A stretch of 58,928 nt of DNA from Thermoanaerobaculia bacterium. GTDB lineage: Bacteria > Acidobacteriota > Thermoanaerobaculia > UBA5066. Shown piece by piece: positions 47,181 through 55,772 of the stretch. The notes under the pieces are model-generated. The model saw only the letters and a program-made list of their open reading frames with translations. It made no database searches and had not been told where the DNA came from. The position numbers and the translations under genes were made by a program. The stretch's first letter is position 1, and each line of letters opens with the position of its first letter. The DNA lies in contig JBBRRY010000026.1 in the NCBI GenBank assembly GCA_038245905.1, forward strand, positions 1 through 58,928. The letters run 5' to 3'.

Positions 47181-48944
47181 ATGTCCGCTGCCTCACGCAT
47201 CCCCGCCGGGACACTCCGGCCTGAGAACGTCGGCGAGACCGTGCGCCTCATGGGCTGGGTCAACCGCCGCCGCGACCACGGCGACCTCGTCTTCATCGAC
47301 CTCCGCGACCGTTCGGGTCTCACTCAGGTCGTTTTCAACGCCGAGTTCCTCGGAGACCCCGCCGTGCTCGCGCTCGCGAAGGAGCTCCGGAGCGAGTTCG
47401 TGGTGGACGTGACGGGGACCGTCCTCGCCCGCGGCGAAGGCGCTGTCAATTCCGACCTGCCGACGGGCGGGGTCGAGGTGCGCGCGACGGCCCTCGCGAT
47501 CCTGAACCGCGCGGACACTCCACCATTTCCGATCGAGGACGGGATCAAGGCCTCCGAGGACCTGCGTCTCAAGTACCGTTACCTGGACCTCCGCCGGCCC
47601 GAGATGACGAGGAAGTTCGTCGTGCGAAGCGAAGTCACGATGGCCGTCCGCGGGGTCCTGCACGAAGAAGGCTTCCTCGACGTGGAGACTCCGATCCTCA
47701 CGAAATCGACACCGGAGGGCGCCCGCGACTTTCTCGTTCCCTCGCGGGTCCACCCGGGCGAGTTCTACGCCCTCCCGCAGTCTCCCCAGCTCTTCAAGCA
47801 GCTCCTCATGGTCTCGGGGATGGAACGCTACTACCAGATCGCGCGCTGCTTCCGCGACGAGGACCTTCGGGCCGACCGGCAGCCCGAGTTCACGCAGGTC
47901 GACATCGAGATGTCGTTTCCGACGGAGGAGATGGTCTACACGCTCGTCGAGAAGATCTTCACGCGCGTATTTCCGGCGTGGGGAATCGCTTGTGAGTCGC
48001 CGTTCAAGCGGATGACGTACGACGAGGCCCTGGAGCGCTTCGGGATTGACCGGCCGGACACGCGCTTCGGGCTTGAGCTTGGGGATTTCGAGGGGCTCGA
48101 AGAGAAGATTTCTTCGAAGGTGGAAAGAGTGAAGGGCCTGTGCGTGCCGGGGGGCGCCTCGTTCTCCCGCAAGCGCCTCGACGACATCGAAAAGGGGGCG
48201 CGGGCGGCGGGAGTGGAGTGGTTCTTCTGGGTGAAAACGGCCGCGGCCGGCAGCTGGAATTCCAATTCAAAGAAATTCTTCGACGACGCGTCGGTCGAGC
48301 GCATGTGCGCCTCGTTTGGCGCGGGCGAGAGTGACGTTGTCTTCCTGGCTGCTGGAAAGACCAGGAACGTTCTCGACTTCCTCGGCGCCCTGCGCCTTCA
48401 GATCGGCCGTGAGGAGAAATTGATTCCCGAGGGCCGCCACGACTTCCTCTGGGTGACGGACTTCCCGCTCCTCGAGTGGCACGAGGAGGACGCGCGATGG
48501 TACGCGACGCACCACCCCTTCACATCGCCGCGCGAGGAGGACCTTCCGTTCCTCGAGAGTGAGCCCGGGCGCGTGAAATCGCGCGCCTACGACGTCGTCC
48601 TGAACGGGATGGAGCTCGGGGGCGGCTCGATCCGGATCCACCGGCCCGACGTCCAGTCGCGCATCTTCTCGAGACTCGGGATCGGCGAAGAGGAAGCGCG
48701 CGCGAAATTCGGCTTTCTCCTCGATGCGTTCCGCTTCGGTGCTCCGCCGCACGGAGGAATCGCGCTCGGACTCGACCGCATCCTCATGATCCTGACCGGT
48801 TCGTCTTCCATCCGCGACGTCATCGCGTTCCCGAAGACGGCCTCCGCGTCGGATCTCATGACGGAATGCCCGAACCCCGTGGCGCCCGAGCAGCTCGCCG
48901 AGCTGCACATCGCGCTCGCGAATCCACCGAAGACCGGGGGCTGA
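47181..48944 (+). CDS. aspS: Aspartate--tRNA ligase
   Basis: RRDHG, TPEGARDFLVPSR, FRDEDLRADRQPEFTQ and APPHGGIALGLDR motifs. Confidence 0.97.
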   Translation: MSAASRIPAGTLRPENVGETVRLMGWVNRRRDHGDLVFIDLRDRSGLTQVVFNAEFLGDPAVLALAKELRSEFVVDVTGTVLARGEGAVNSDLPTGGVEVRATALAILNRADTPPFPIEDGIKASEDLRLKYRYLDLRRPEMTRKFVVRSEVTMAVRGVLHEEGFLDVETPILTKSTPEGARDFLVPSRVHPGEFYALPQSPQLFKQLLMVSGMERYYQIARCFRDEDLRADRQPEFTQVDIEMSFPTEEMVYTLVEKIFTRVFPAWGIACESPFKRMTYDEALERFGIDRPDTRFGLELGDFEGLEEKISSKVERVKGLCVPGGASFSRKRLDDIEKGARAAGVEWFFWVKTAAAGSWNSNSKKFFDDASVERMCASFGAGESDVVFLAAGKTRNVLDFLGALRLQIGREEKLIPEGRHDFLWVTDFPLLEWHEEDARWYATHHPFTSPREEDLPFLESEPGRVKSRAYDVVLNGMELGGGSIRIHRPDVQSRIFSRLGIGEEEARAKFGFLLDAFRFGAPPHGGIALGLDRILMILTGSSSIRDVIAFPKTASASDLMTECPNPVAPEQLAELHIALANPPKTGG

Positions 48945-49014
48945 AGAAGGATTTCTTTGTTCGGAAGAAGAGAAGAAAGAAGATTTTCTTAGAAGGTGAA
49001 GACAAGAGGGGAGG
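48945..49014 (+). repeat. Purine-rich intergenic copy of the dispersed GATTTTCTTAGAAGG motif
   Basis: GAAGAAGAGAAGAAAGAA-GATTTTCTTAGAAGG-TGAAGACAAGAGGGGAGG. The 15-mer at 48982-48996 is identical to 35122-35136. Confidence 0.7.
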
Positions 49015-49019
49015 ATCGC

Positions 49020-50156
49020 GTGGGCAGGGCTAGGCCTCTTTCCTCCTTTTCGTTCGAGGCGGCCGGCGCCAGGACCGATGTCCTTGTCGGCCCCGGCGCG
49101 CTCCTCTCCCTCGGCGCGCACCTCGGCCGCATCGCGCCCGGCCGCTGGTTTCTCATTACCTCTAAGAAAATATTCCGACTGCATGGCTCTTCGTTGTTTG
49201 CTGGAGGCGTTGAGAGGGTCTTAAGCAAAGATCCCCTCTTCGTCCCCGACGGCGAAGCCGCAAAGACATGGACCGTTCTCGGGGGGTTGCTCGAGGAGTT
49301 GATGCGGTGCGGCCTGCGCCGCGACGGAGGAATCGTCGCGCTGGGCGGCGGCACGGTCGGCGACGTGGCCGGCCTCGCGGCGGCGCTCGCTCTGCGCGGC
49401 GTCCCAGTCGTCCAGGCGCCGACGACGCTCCTCGCGGCCGCCGACAGCGCCCTTGGCGGAAAGACGGCCGTAGATCTTTCCTCCGGCAAGAATCTCGTGG
49501 GAGCCTTCCATTCGCCGCGGCTCGTTGTCGTCGACACGAGAACGCTCGAGACGCTTCCCCTCCGCGCGTTCCGGTCGGGCCTCGCGGAGGTCGTGAAGAC
49601 GTCCTTTCTCGACGCGGGATTCAACCGCGCAATGGCGCGTCTCGAAAGGCCTTTAGCCTCGCGCGAGGCCGCTGCAGTGACAGAGGCCATACGCCGCTCT
49701 CTCGTCGTCAAGGCGCGAGCCGTGGCGCGGGATCCGTTCGAACGGACGGGGGAGAGAGCGGCCCTGAATCTCGGCCACACGGTGGGCCACGCCCTCGAGA
49801 CGGCGTCGGGCCATCGATTGCAGCACGGCGAGGCCGTGGCCTGGGGGCTGCTCGCGGCCCTGCGTCTTTCCGTCGCGCGCGCGCGGCTCGCGCCTGGTGT
49901 GGCCGACGCGCTCGCGCGGCGCGTCATGACGCTCGTGTTGCCGCCTGTCCCTTCCGCGGCTGCGGTGCGCGGTATGCCGGATCTCCTCGCGGGCGACAAG
50001 AAGGCCGATCGTGCCGGCCTCAACGCCGTGCTCCTCGCCGGGCCGGGCGGGCCGATGCTCGTGAGGGTCGAGAGGGCCGAGCTCGCGGGGGCATTCGAAG
50101 AGGCGTTGGGGCGCTACAATAGGGTCGGATGGGTGTCGCCCGGGTTCCACGCCTGA
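49020..50156 (+). CDS. aroB: 3-dehydroquinate synthase
   Basis: GGGTVGD, PTTLLA..DS..GGKT, KNLVGAF, NLGHTVGHALE and HGEAV motifs. Start is 49020 or 48996. Confidence 0.92.
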   Translation: MGRARPLSSFSFEAAGARTDVLVGPGALLSLGAHLGRIAPGRWFLITSKKIFRLHGSSLFAGGVERVLSKDPLFVPDGEAAKTWTVLGGLLEELMRCGLRRDGGIVALGGGTVGDVAGLAAALALRGVPVVQAPTTLLAAADSALGGKTAVDLSSGKNLVGAFHSPRLVVVDTRTLETLPLRAFRSGLAEVVKTSFLDAGFNRAMARLERPLASREAAAVTEAIRRSLVVKARAVARDPFERTGERAALNLGHTVGHALETASGHRLQHGEAVAWGLLAALRLSVARARLAPGVADALARRVMTLVLPPVPSAAAVRGMPDLLAGDKKADRAGLNAVLLAGPGGPMLVRVERAELAGAFEEALGRYNRVGWVSPGFHA

Positions 50157-51859
50157 GGATCGTGACGGCTCTGCTCGTCGCGCTGATCCTCGTTTCCATC
50201 GTCCCGCTCGCCCTTCTCCACTTCAGCCTCATCGGCATCAACCGGGATGCCCTCGAGACGGCCGAAAAAAAGTACCTGAAGAACAGCTCGGTGACGCTCG
50301 CAGACAGCTTCGACACGTACATCACGAACGCCCAGTCGCAGCTCAAGAAGATCGCCGACGGGATCCGGCTGGCGAGCTCGATGTCCACGGATCCCTTCTT
50401 CTACCTGTCCAAGAAGCAGCTCCTGAGGGAGTATTCCGACGCCGAGTCGAGCTTCCCGGTCCTCCGGGCTCTCGATCGGGACGGCGTCGCCTCGGCGGCC
50501 GACGAAGGCGCCCTGGACCCGGACGTCGAGCGCCCGCTCCGGCAGGCCTACAACGCCGCGATGCGGGGCGAGTCCTACGTGGCCGATCCGATCTTCCCGA
50601 AGTCCTATCCGGACGGCGCGCTCGTTCTCGCCGTGCCCGTGAGACCCTCGGAGGGCCAGCAGCCAATCGGCGTCGTCGAGGCCCTGCTCTCCCTCAAGCC
50701 GATCAAGGCAAAGCTGGACGAAGAAGGGCGGGGCGGCGTCCTCGCCTATGTCGTGGACCGCTCCGGCTCTTTGATCCTGACGAGCGATGCCTCGGCTTTC
50801 CGCTCGAAAGACGTGCATCAGCTCGATCTCGTGAGCGAATTTATCGCGCATCCCGTGAGGATCACGAAGTCGTACATGCGCGGCGAGGGGAAGACGGCGC
50901 GCCGCGTCCTCGGAACCCTCGCGACGATCCCGACGCCCGACTGGGGCGTCATCGTCGAGAAAGACGAAGCGGCGGCCTTTGCCTCGGTCTCTCAGATGAA
51001 GAAAGAGACCACTAAGATCGCCGTGTTTTCGCTCCTCTTCGCGGCGCTCGTCGCTCTCGTCGCGGCGCGCCTCCTGGCGCATCCCCTCGTCGAATTGGTC
51101 GAGAAGGTGCGGTCGATTGCGGAGGGCAGCTTCAAGCAGCGCGTCGAGGTACGGGGCGTCCGGGAGTTCGCCGAGCTGTCCGAGACGTTCAACTCGATGT
51201 CCGACTCGATCGAGAGGTCGGTCGACAAGCTCAAGCTCGCGGCCAAGGAGAACCAGGAGCTGTTTATCAACTCGGTGCGGACGCTCGCGGCCGCCATCGA
51301 CGCGAAGGATCCCTACACCCGTGGCCACTCGGAGCGGGTCGCGCGCTACGCCGTCGTTCTTGCGCGCCACATGGATCTCTCGCCCGAAGAGGTGCGTGTC
51401 GTGCGGTTGTCGGCCCTCCTCCACGACGTGGGAAAGATCGGCATCGACGACCGCATCCTCCGGAAGCCCACGGCCCTCACGAGCGAGGAGTTCGAGATCA
51501 TGAAGACGCACCCGGCCAAGGGAGCGATCATCATGGGCCAGATTCCACAGCTCAAGGACGTGATTCCGGGGATCAAGCACCACCACGAAAAATGGTCGGG
51601 CGGCGGCTATCCGGACGGACTGAAGGGCGAGGGTATCCCGATGGTCGCGCGGGTCGTGGCCGTGGCGGACACGTTCGACGCCATGACGACGACCCGTCCC
51701 TATCAGAAGGCGATGCCCCTCAACTACGTCATCACGCAGATCATTTCGTTTGCCGGAAAGTCGTTCGACCCCGCCGTGATCGCGGCGCTCGACAAGGCGT
51801 GGAATTCCGGCGACTTCGAGTTCCTGGGTGAAGAGGTTCCCCTGAAGGCATCCGCTTGA
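50129..51859 (+). CDS. Membrane sensor HD-GYP phosphodiesterase (Cache-like + HAMP + HD-GYP)
   Basis: Two TM segments, a HAMP region, DPYTRGHSERV, LHDVGKIG and HHEKWSGGGYPDG motifs. Confidence 0.92.
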   Translation: MGVARVPRLRIVTALLVALILVSIVPLALLHFSLIGINRDALETAEKKYLKNSSVTLADSFDTYITNAQSQLKKIADGIRLASSMSTDPFFYLSKKQLLREYSDAESSFPVLRALDRDGVASAADEGALDPDVERPLRQAYNAAMRGESYVADPIFPKSYPDGALVLAVPVRPSEGQQPIGVVEALLSLKPIKAKLDEEGRGGVLAYVVDRSGSLILTSDASAFRSKDVHQLDLVSEFIAHPVRITKSYMRGEGKTARRVLGTLATIPTPDWGVIVEKDEAAAFASVSQMKKETTKIAVFSLLFAALVALVAARLLAHPLVELVEKVRSIAEGSFKQRVEVRGVREFAELSETFNSMSDSIERSVDKLKLAAKENQELFINSVRTLAAAIDAKDPYTRGHSERVARYAVVLARHMDLSPEEVRVVRLSALLHDVGKIGIDDRILRKPTALTSEEFEIMKTHPAKGAIIMGQIPQLKDVIPGIKHHHEKWSGGGYPDGLKGEGIPMVARVVAVADTFDAMTTTRPYQKAMPLNYVITQIISFAGKSFDPAVIAALDKAWNSGDFEFLGEEVPLKASA

Positions 51860-52659
51860 GGGCGCCGAAGGCCCGGGCCCTCTGCTTCTCCACGGCCGCT
51901 CTCCTTGCGCTGGTCGCGGGACTCACCGGATGTGGGAGCGCCTCGATGCCTCCGAAGGAGAATCCCGTTCTCTCGGACCTCGTCGACTATCGAGCCGGCC
52001 TCCAGATGCTGCGGGAGGGCCGGGCTGACGAGGCCATCCAGCTTCTCGTGCGCGCCCGGACGAGCTCGCCCCGGGATCCGCGTGTGCCGAATGCGCTCGG
52101 CCTCGCCCTCCTCTACAAGAAGGATTACAAGAATGCCGTGAGCGCGTTTTCGGATGCCCTCCATCTCGACTCCTCCTTCGTCGAGGCGCGAAACAACCGG
52201 GGGGTCGCGGAGATGGAAGCAGGGCGCTACGCCGACTCGGAAGTGGACTTCCAGGCCGTCCTCGACGGCCCGCCGACCCCGGAGAAGGCGAACGCGCACT
52301 ACAATCTCGGACTCCTCCATCGCCGGCGGGAGGCCTGGCGGGACGCGGAGCGCGAGTTCTCGCTCGCCCTCGCCGAAACACCCGACAACGACCGCGCGTT
52401 CCGGGAGCGGGGTCTCGCCCGCGTCAAGCTCGACGACTTCAAGGGCGCACTCGAGGATTTTCTGTCCGTGTTGAAGAACGAGCCCAAGGATCCGGTCGCG
52501 AACTACCAGGCCGCGGTCTGTCTCCTGGCCAGCGACCGCCGCGACCTGGCGGCGCGCTACATGCAGCGAACGGTCAGCGCCGCTCCCGAAAGCGATGAAG
52601 GGCGCCGCGCGCGCCGCTTCCTCGCGAACGAGCCCACGGCTCCCGGAGTCGAACGATGA
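51856..52659 (+). CDS. TPR lipoprotein (PilF/Tgl-like)
   Basis: Lipobox LTGC and TPR motifs NALGLAL, ARNNRG and AHYNLG. Confidence 0.8.
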   Translation: MRAPKARALCFSTAALLALVAGLTGCGSASMPPKENPVLSDLVDYRAGLQMLREGRADEAIQLLVRARTSSPRDPRVPNALGLALLYKKDYKNAVSAFSDALHLDSSFVEARNNRGVAEMEAGRYADSEVDFQAVLDGPPTPEKANAHYNLGLLHRRREAWRDAEREFSLALAETPDNDRAFRERGLARVKLDDFKGALEDFLSVLKNEPKDPVANYQAAVCLLASDRRDLAARYMQRTVSAAPESDEGRRARRFLANEPTAPGVER

Positions 52660-53006
52660 GCTTTGTCGATGCCTTGGAAGGCCTTCTGGACGCGCCGGGC
52701 GCCCTCGGGGCCGCTTTCATCGACTCGCAGGGTGAAATCATCGCGCGCGTCGGTGACGACGCCGCGACGGAGGTCCTCGGAGCCTATCAGTCCGTGTGGA
52801 TGGGAGAGCTGCGCCGCGCCGCCGAGAGGTCCGCCCTCGGCGAGGTCACCGACCTCACGTTCGAGTTCGAGAAGCGTCGGATCCTGACGACGCATGTGAA
52901 AGCGGGATATTTCGTCCTCGTCGTCTTCGATGCGGGGGGCCAGACACACGCGGTGCGTCCGCGCCTCGAGGCGGCCCGCGTGCGTCTCGCGGCTGAGATC
53001 TCCTGA
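52656..53006 (+). CDS. Roadblock/LC7 domain protein
   Basis: 116 aa with PGALGAAFIDSQGEII and GYFVLVVFD patterns. Confidence 0.7.
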   Translation: MSFVDALEGLLDAPGALGAAFIDSQGEIIARVGDDAATEVLGAYQSVWMGELRRAAERSALGEVTDLTFEFEKRRILTTHVKAGYFVLVVFDAGGQTHAVRPRLEAARVRLAAEIS

Positions 53007-53035
53007 CGCTCGCGTCCTGCTAGTCTCGGGAGCCG

Positions 53036-53977
53036 ATGGCTTCCGACGAGCGCGACCGTCCGTCCGTCTTCGCCCGTCTGAAGCGGGGTCTCTTCATGAC
53101 CCACACCGAGCTCCTCGCGAAGATGGGGAGCGCGGTCAAGGCCACTTTCGAGCCGGATCCAGCGGCGCTCGATGCACTGGAGGAAGGCCTCCTTGCGGCA
53201 GACGTCGGGCCGGCGACGGCTGCGGAGCTCGTGGCCGCCGTGAAGGCCGAGGCCGGGCGCCGTGACGCGGCCGAAGAGGACGTCGTCCGGCGAGTCCTGA
53301 AGGCGGAGATCACCCGGAGGCTGTCTGTGAAGGGGCCCGAGGAGGCGGGCGAAGCGGCTGGCTCTCCCCACGTCATTCTCATGGTCGGGGTCAACGGCAG
53401 CGGAAAGACGACGACGACCGCCAAACTCGCGGCCCGCGCGACCGCCGAAGGGAAGCTGGTCGTCCTCGCCGCGGCCGATACGTTCCGCGCCGCGGCTGTC
53501 GAGCAGCTGGAGGTCTGGGCCACGCGCCTCCACATCCCTCTCGTAAAGCACAAGGCGGGTTCCGATCCTGCCGCCGTCGTTCACGATGCGTGCGCCGTCG
53601 CGCTCGCCCGGAAGGCCGACCTTCTGCTCGTGGACACCGCCGGACGGCTCCACACGAAGCACAATCTCATGGAGGAGCTTGCGAAGATCCGCCGCGTTGC
53701 GGCCCGGAGCATCCCGCGCGCACCGCATGAGGTCTTCCTCGTCCTGGACGCGGTAACGGGAATGAACGGCATCGCGCAGGCTCGCGAGTTCACGAGGACG
53801 GCGGGTGTCACCGGCCTCGTCCTCACGAAGATGGACGGGACCGCCAAGGGCGGCGTGATCCTCGCCATTGTTCGGGAGCTCGCGCTGCCGGTTCGCTACG
53901 TGGGTGTCGGAGAGACCGTGGACGACCTTTTGGACTTCGACGCGGCAGCCTTTGCCGGGGCGCTCGTGGATGACTGA
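53036..53977 (+). CDS. ftsY: SRP receptor FtsY
   Basis: GVNGSGKTTT, DTFRAAA, DTAGRL and TKMDGTAKGG motifs. Confidence 0.97.
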   Translation: MASDERDRPSVFARLKRGLFMTHTELLAKMGSAVKATFEPDPAALDALEEGLLAADVGPATAAELVAAVKAEAGRRDAAEEDVVRRVLKAEITRRLSVKGPEEAGEAAGSPHVILMVGVNGSGKTTTTAKLAARATAEGKLVVLAAADTFRAAAVEQLEVWATRLHIPLVKHKAGSDPAAVVHDACAVALARKADLLLVDTAGRLHTKHNLMEELAKIRRVAARSIPRAPHEVFLVLDAVTGMNGIAQAREFTRTAGVTGLVLTKMDGTAKGGVILAIVRELALPVRYVGVGETVDDLLDFDAAAFAGALVDD

Positions 53978-55094
53978 GGGCGCCTCTCTCGACGTCCTCT
54001 GGCGCCGGGTCTTCGAGCTCGCCGGCCGAGGGCGTTTCTCGACCGCTCCAAACCCGCGCGTCGGGGCGGTGCTCGTGGATGCGGCCGGCACGGTGGTCGG
54101 AGAAGGGGCGCACGAGCGCGCCGGAGGGCCGCACGCCGAGGCCGTCGCCCTCGCCGCCGCGGGCGCTCGCGCAAAAGGGGCGACGCTCCTCGTCAACCTC
54201 GAGCCGTGCTCCCATTTCGGGCGCACCTCTCCCTGCTCGGAAGCGCTCATCGCGGCCGGCGTGTCGCGTGTCGTGTGCTCGATTGAGGATCCGGACCCGC
54301 GGACCTCGGGACGAGGCATTCGGCGGCTCAGGGAGCGCGGCATCGAGGTGCTGGTGGGCGCGCTCGCGGACGAGGCCGAGACGCTGAACGAGACATTCCT
54401 GAAGTCCATTCGGGACCGGCGGCCCTTCGTTCACGTCAAATGGGCCGCGTCGCTCGATGGGCGCATCGCGACGCGTACCGGAGAATCGAAGTGGATCACG
54501 AGCGAAGCGGCCCGAACCGACGCCCTCCACCTGCGAGAGGAGTGCGACGCGATCCTCGTCGGCGCCGGGACCGTCCTCGCGGACAACCCGCTCCTCACCC
54601 GCCGTCTGGCCCTTTCGTCTGCCATGACGCCGCATCGGCGGCTCGTCCTGGACGGAGCTCTTCGCGTGCCGGCCACGGCCCGAGTGTTCTCCGCGGCGGG
54701 CGGCGAGGTCTGGATCGTGACCGCGGTGCCGGAGAGCGATCCGCGTCTCGCGCCGTTCCTCGAGAGGGGCGTTCATGTCTTCTCCCGGCCGGCGCCGGAC
54801 GGACGCGTCGATCTCGCGGCTCTTCTCGGGGCTCTTCATGAGCTCGAGGTGCGGTCCCTGCTGATCGAGGGCGGGGGAGTGACGGCTGCTTCGTTCCTTG
54901 CCGCGGGTCTCGTGGACCGGGTGACCGCTTACGTCGCCCCGCTTCTCGTCGGGGGCGCGTCGGCTCACTCGCCGCTCGCGGGTGTGGGGCCGGCGGCGCT
55001 CGCGGACGCCCGCAGGCTCGGGGGCCTCGAGGCTGTCCGAATCGGCGCCGACATCAGGGTCTCGGGCCGGCTCCTCGCGCCCGTCGTCGGGTAG
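53970..55094 (+). CDS. ribD: Riboflavin biosynthesis deaminase/reductase
   Basis: PNPRVGAV, HAE, LEPCSHFGRTSPC, SLDGRIA and IEGGG motifs. Confidence 0.96.
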   Translation: MTEGASLDVLWRRVFELAGRGRFSTAPNPRVGAVLVDAAGTVVGEGAHERAGGPHAEAVALAAAGARAKGATLLVNLEPCSHFGRTSPCSEALIAAGVSRVVCSIEDPDPRTSGRGIRRLRERGIEVLVGALADEAETLNETFLKSIRDRRPFVHVKWAASLDGRIATRTGESKWITSEAARTDALHLREECDAILVGAGTVLADNPLLTRRLALSSAMTPHRRLVLDGALRVPATARVFSAAGGEVWIVTAVPESDPRLAPFLERGVHVFSRPAPDGRVDLAALLGALHELEVRSLLIEGGGVTAASFLAAGLVDRVTAYVAPLLVGGASAHSPLAGVGPAALADARRLGGLEAVRIGADIRVSGRLLAPVVG

Positions 55095-55103
55095 GATCAC
55101 GGG

Positions 55104-55772
55104 GTGTTTACCGGCCTCATCTCCGCCGTCTCGCGGGTCGTGTCGCTCGGGACCGGGACGGCGGGCGCCGTCCTCACCGTAGAGCGCCCGCCGGAATTCG
55201 GGGACGTGTCCGTGGGGGAGAGCATCGCTGTCTCGGGAGTCTGTCTGACGGTCGTGCCCCCGGCGGCTCCCGGCCAGCCGCTCCATTTCGACGTCTCGCC
55301 GGAGACGCTCTCGCGTTCGGCCCTTGGGGGGCTGTCTGCGGGCGCCGGCGTTAATCTCGAGCGCGCGCTCCGCGCCTCCGACCGTCTCGGCGGCCACGTC
55401 GTCGCCGGCCACGTGGATGGAACGGCACAGGTGCTCGGAGCCGCGAGGTCTGGCGACTCGTGGACATTCACGTTCTCGCTGCCCGGGGCGCTGGCCCGGT
55501 ACGCAGTCGAAAAGGGCTCGATTTCAGTCGACGGAATTTCCCTCACGATCGCCGGGCTCCGCGAGGGGAGTTTCGACGTGGCCGTGATTCCGCATACATT
55601 CGAGTCGACGACGCTCGGCGAGCGCAAGCCGGGCGACCGCGTGAACCTCGAAGTCGACGTTCTCGGAAAGTACGTCGAGCGGCTCCTCGTGGCGCCACTC
55701 GGGGACGATGGCGCCAGAGAGCGCATAGAACGCGACGAGCGCCTCGAGCGGCTCCTGACGAACGGCGCGTGA
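55104..55772 (+). CDS. ribE: Riboflavin synthase (alpha chain)
   Basis: MFTGLI, GESIAVSGVCLTV, VNLERAL, GGHVVAGHVD and VNLEVD motifs. Confidence 0.95.
   Translation: MFTGLISAVSRVVSLGTGTAGAVLTVERPPEFGDVSVGESIAVSGVCLTVVPPAAPGQPLHFDVSPETLSRSALGGLSAGAGVNLERALRASDRLGGHVVAGHVDGTAQVLGAARSGDSWTFTFSLPGALARYAVEKGSISVDGISLTIAGLREGSFDVAVIPHTFESTTLGERKPGDRVNLEVDVLGKYVERLLVAPLGDDGARERIERDERLERLLTNGA

Noticed and set aside
53900-53977. FMN riboswitch upstream of ribD
   Set aside because: ribD overlaps ftsY, so there is no leader.
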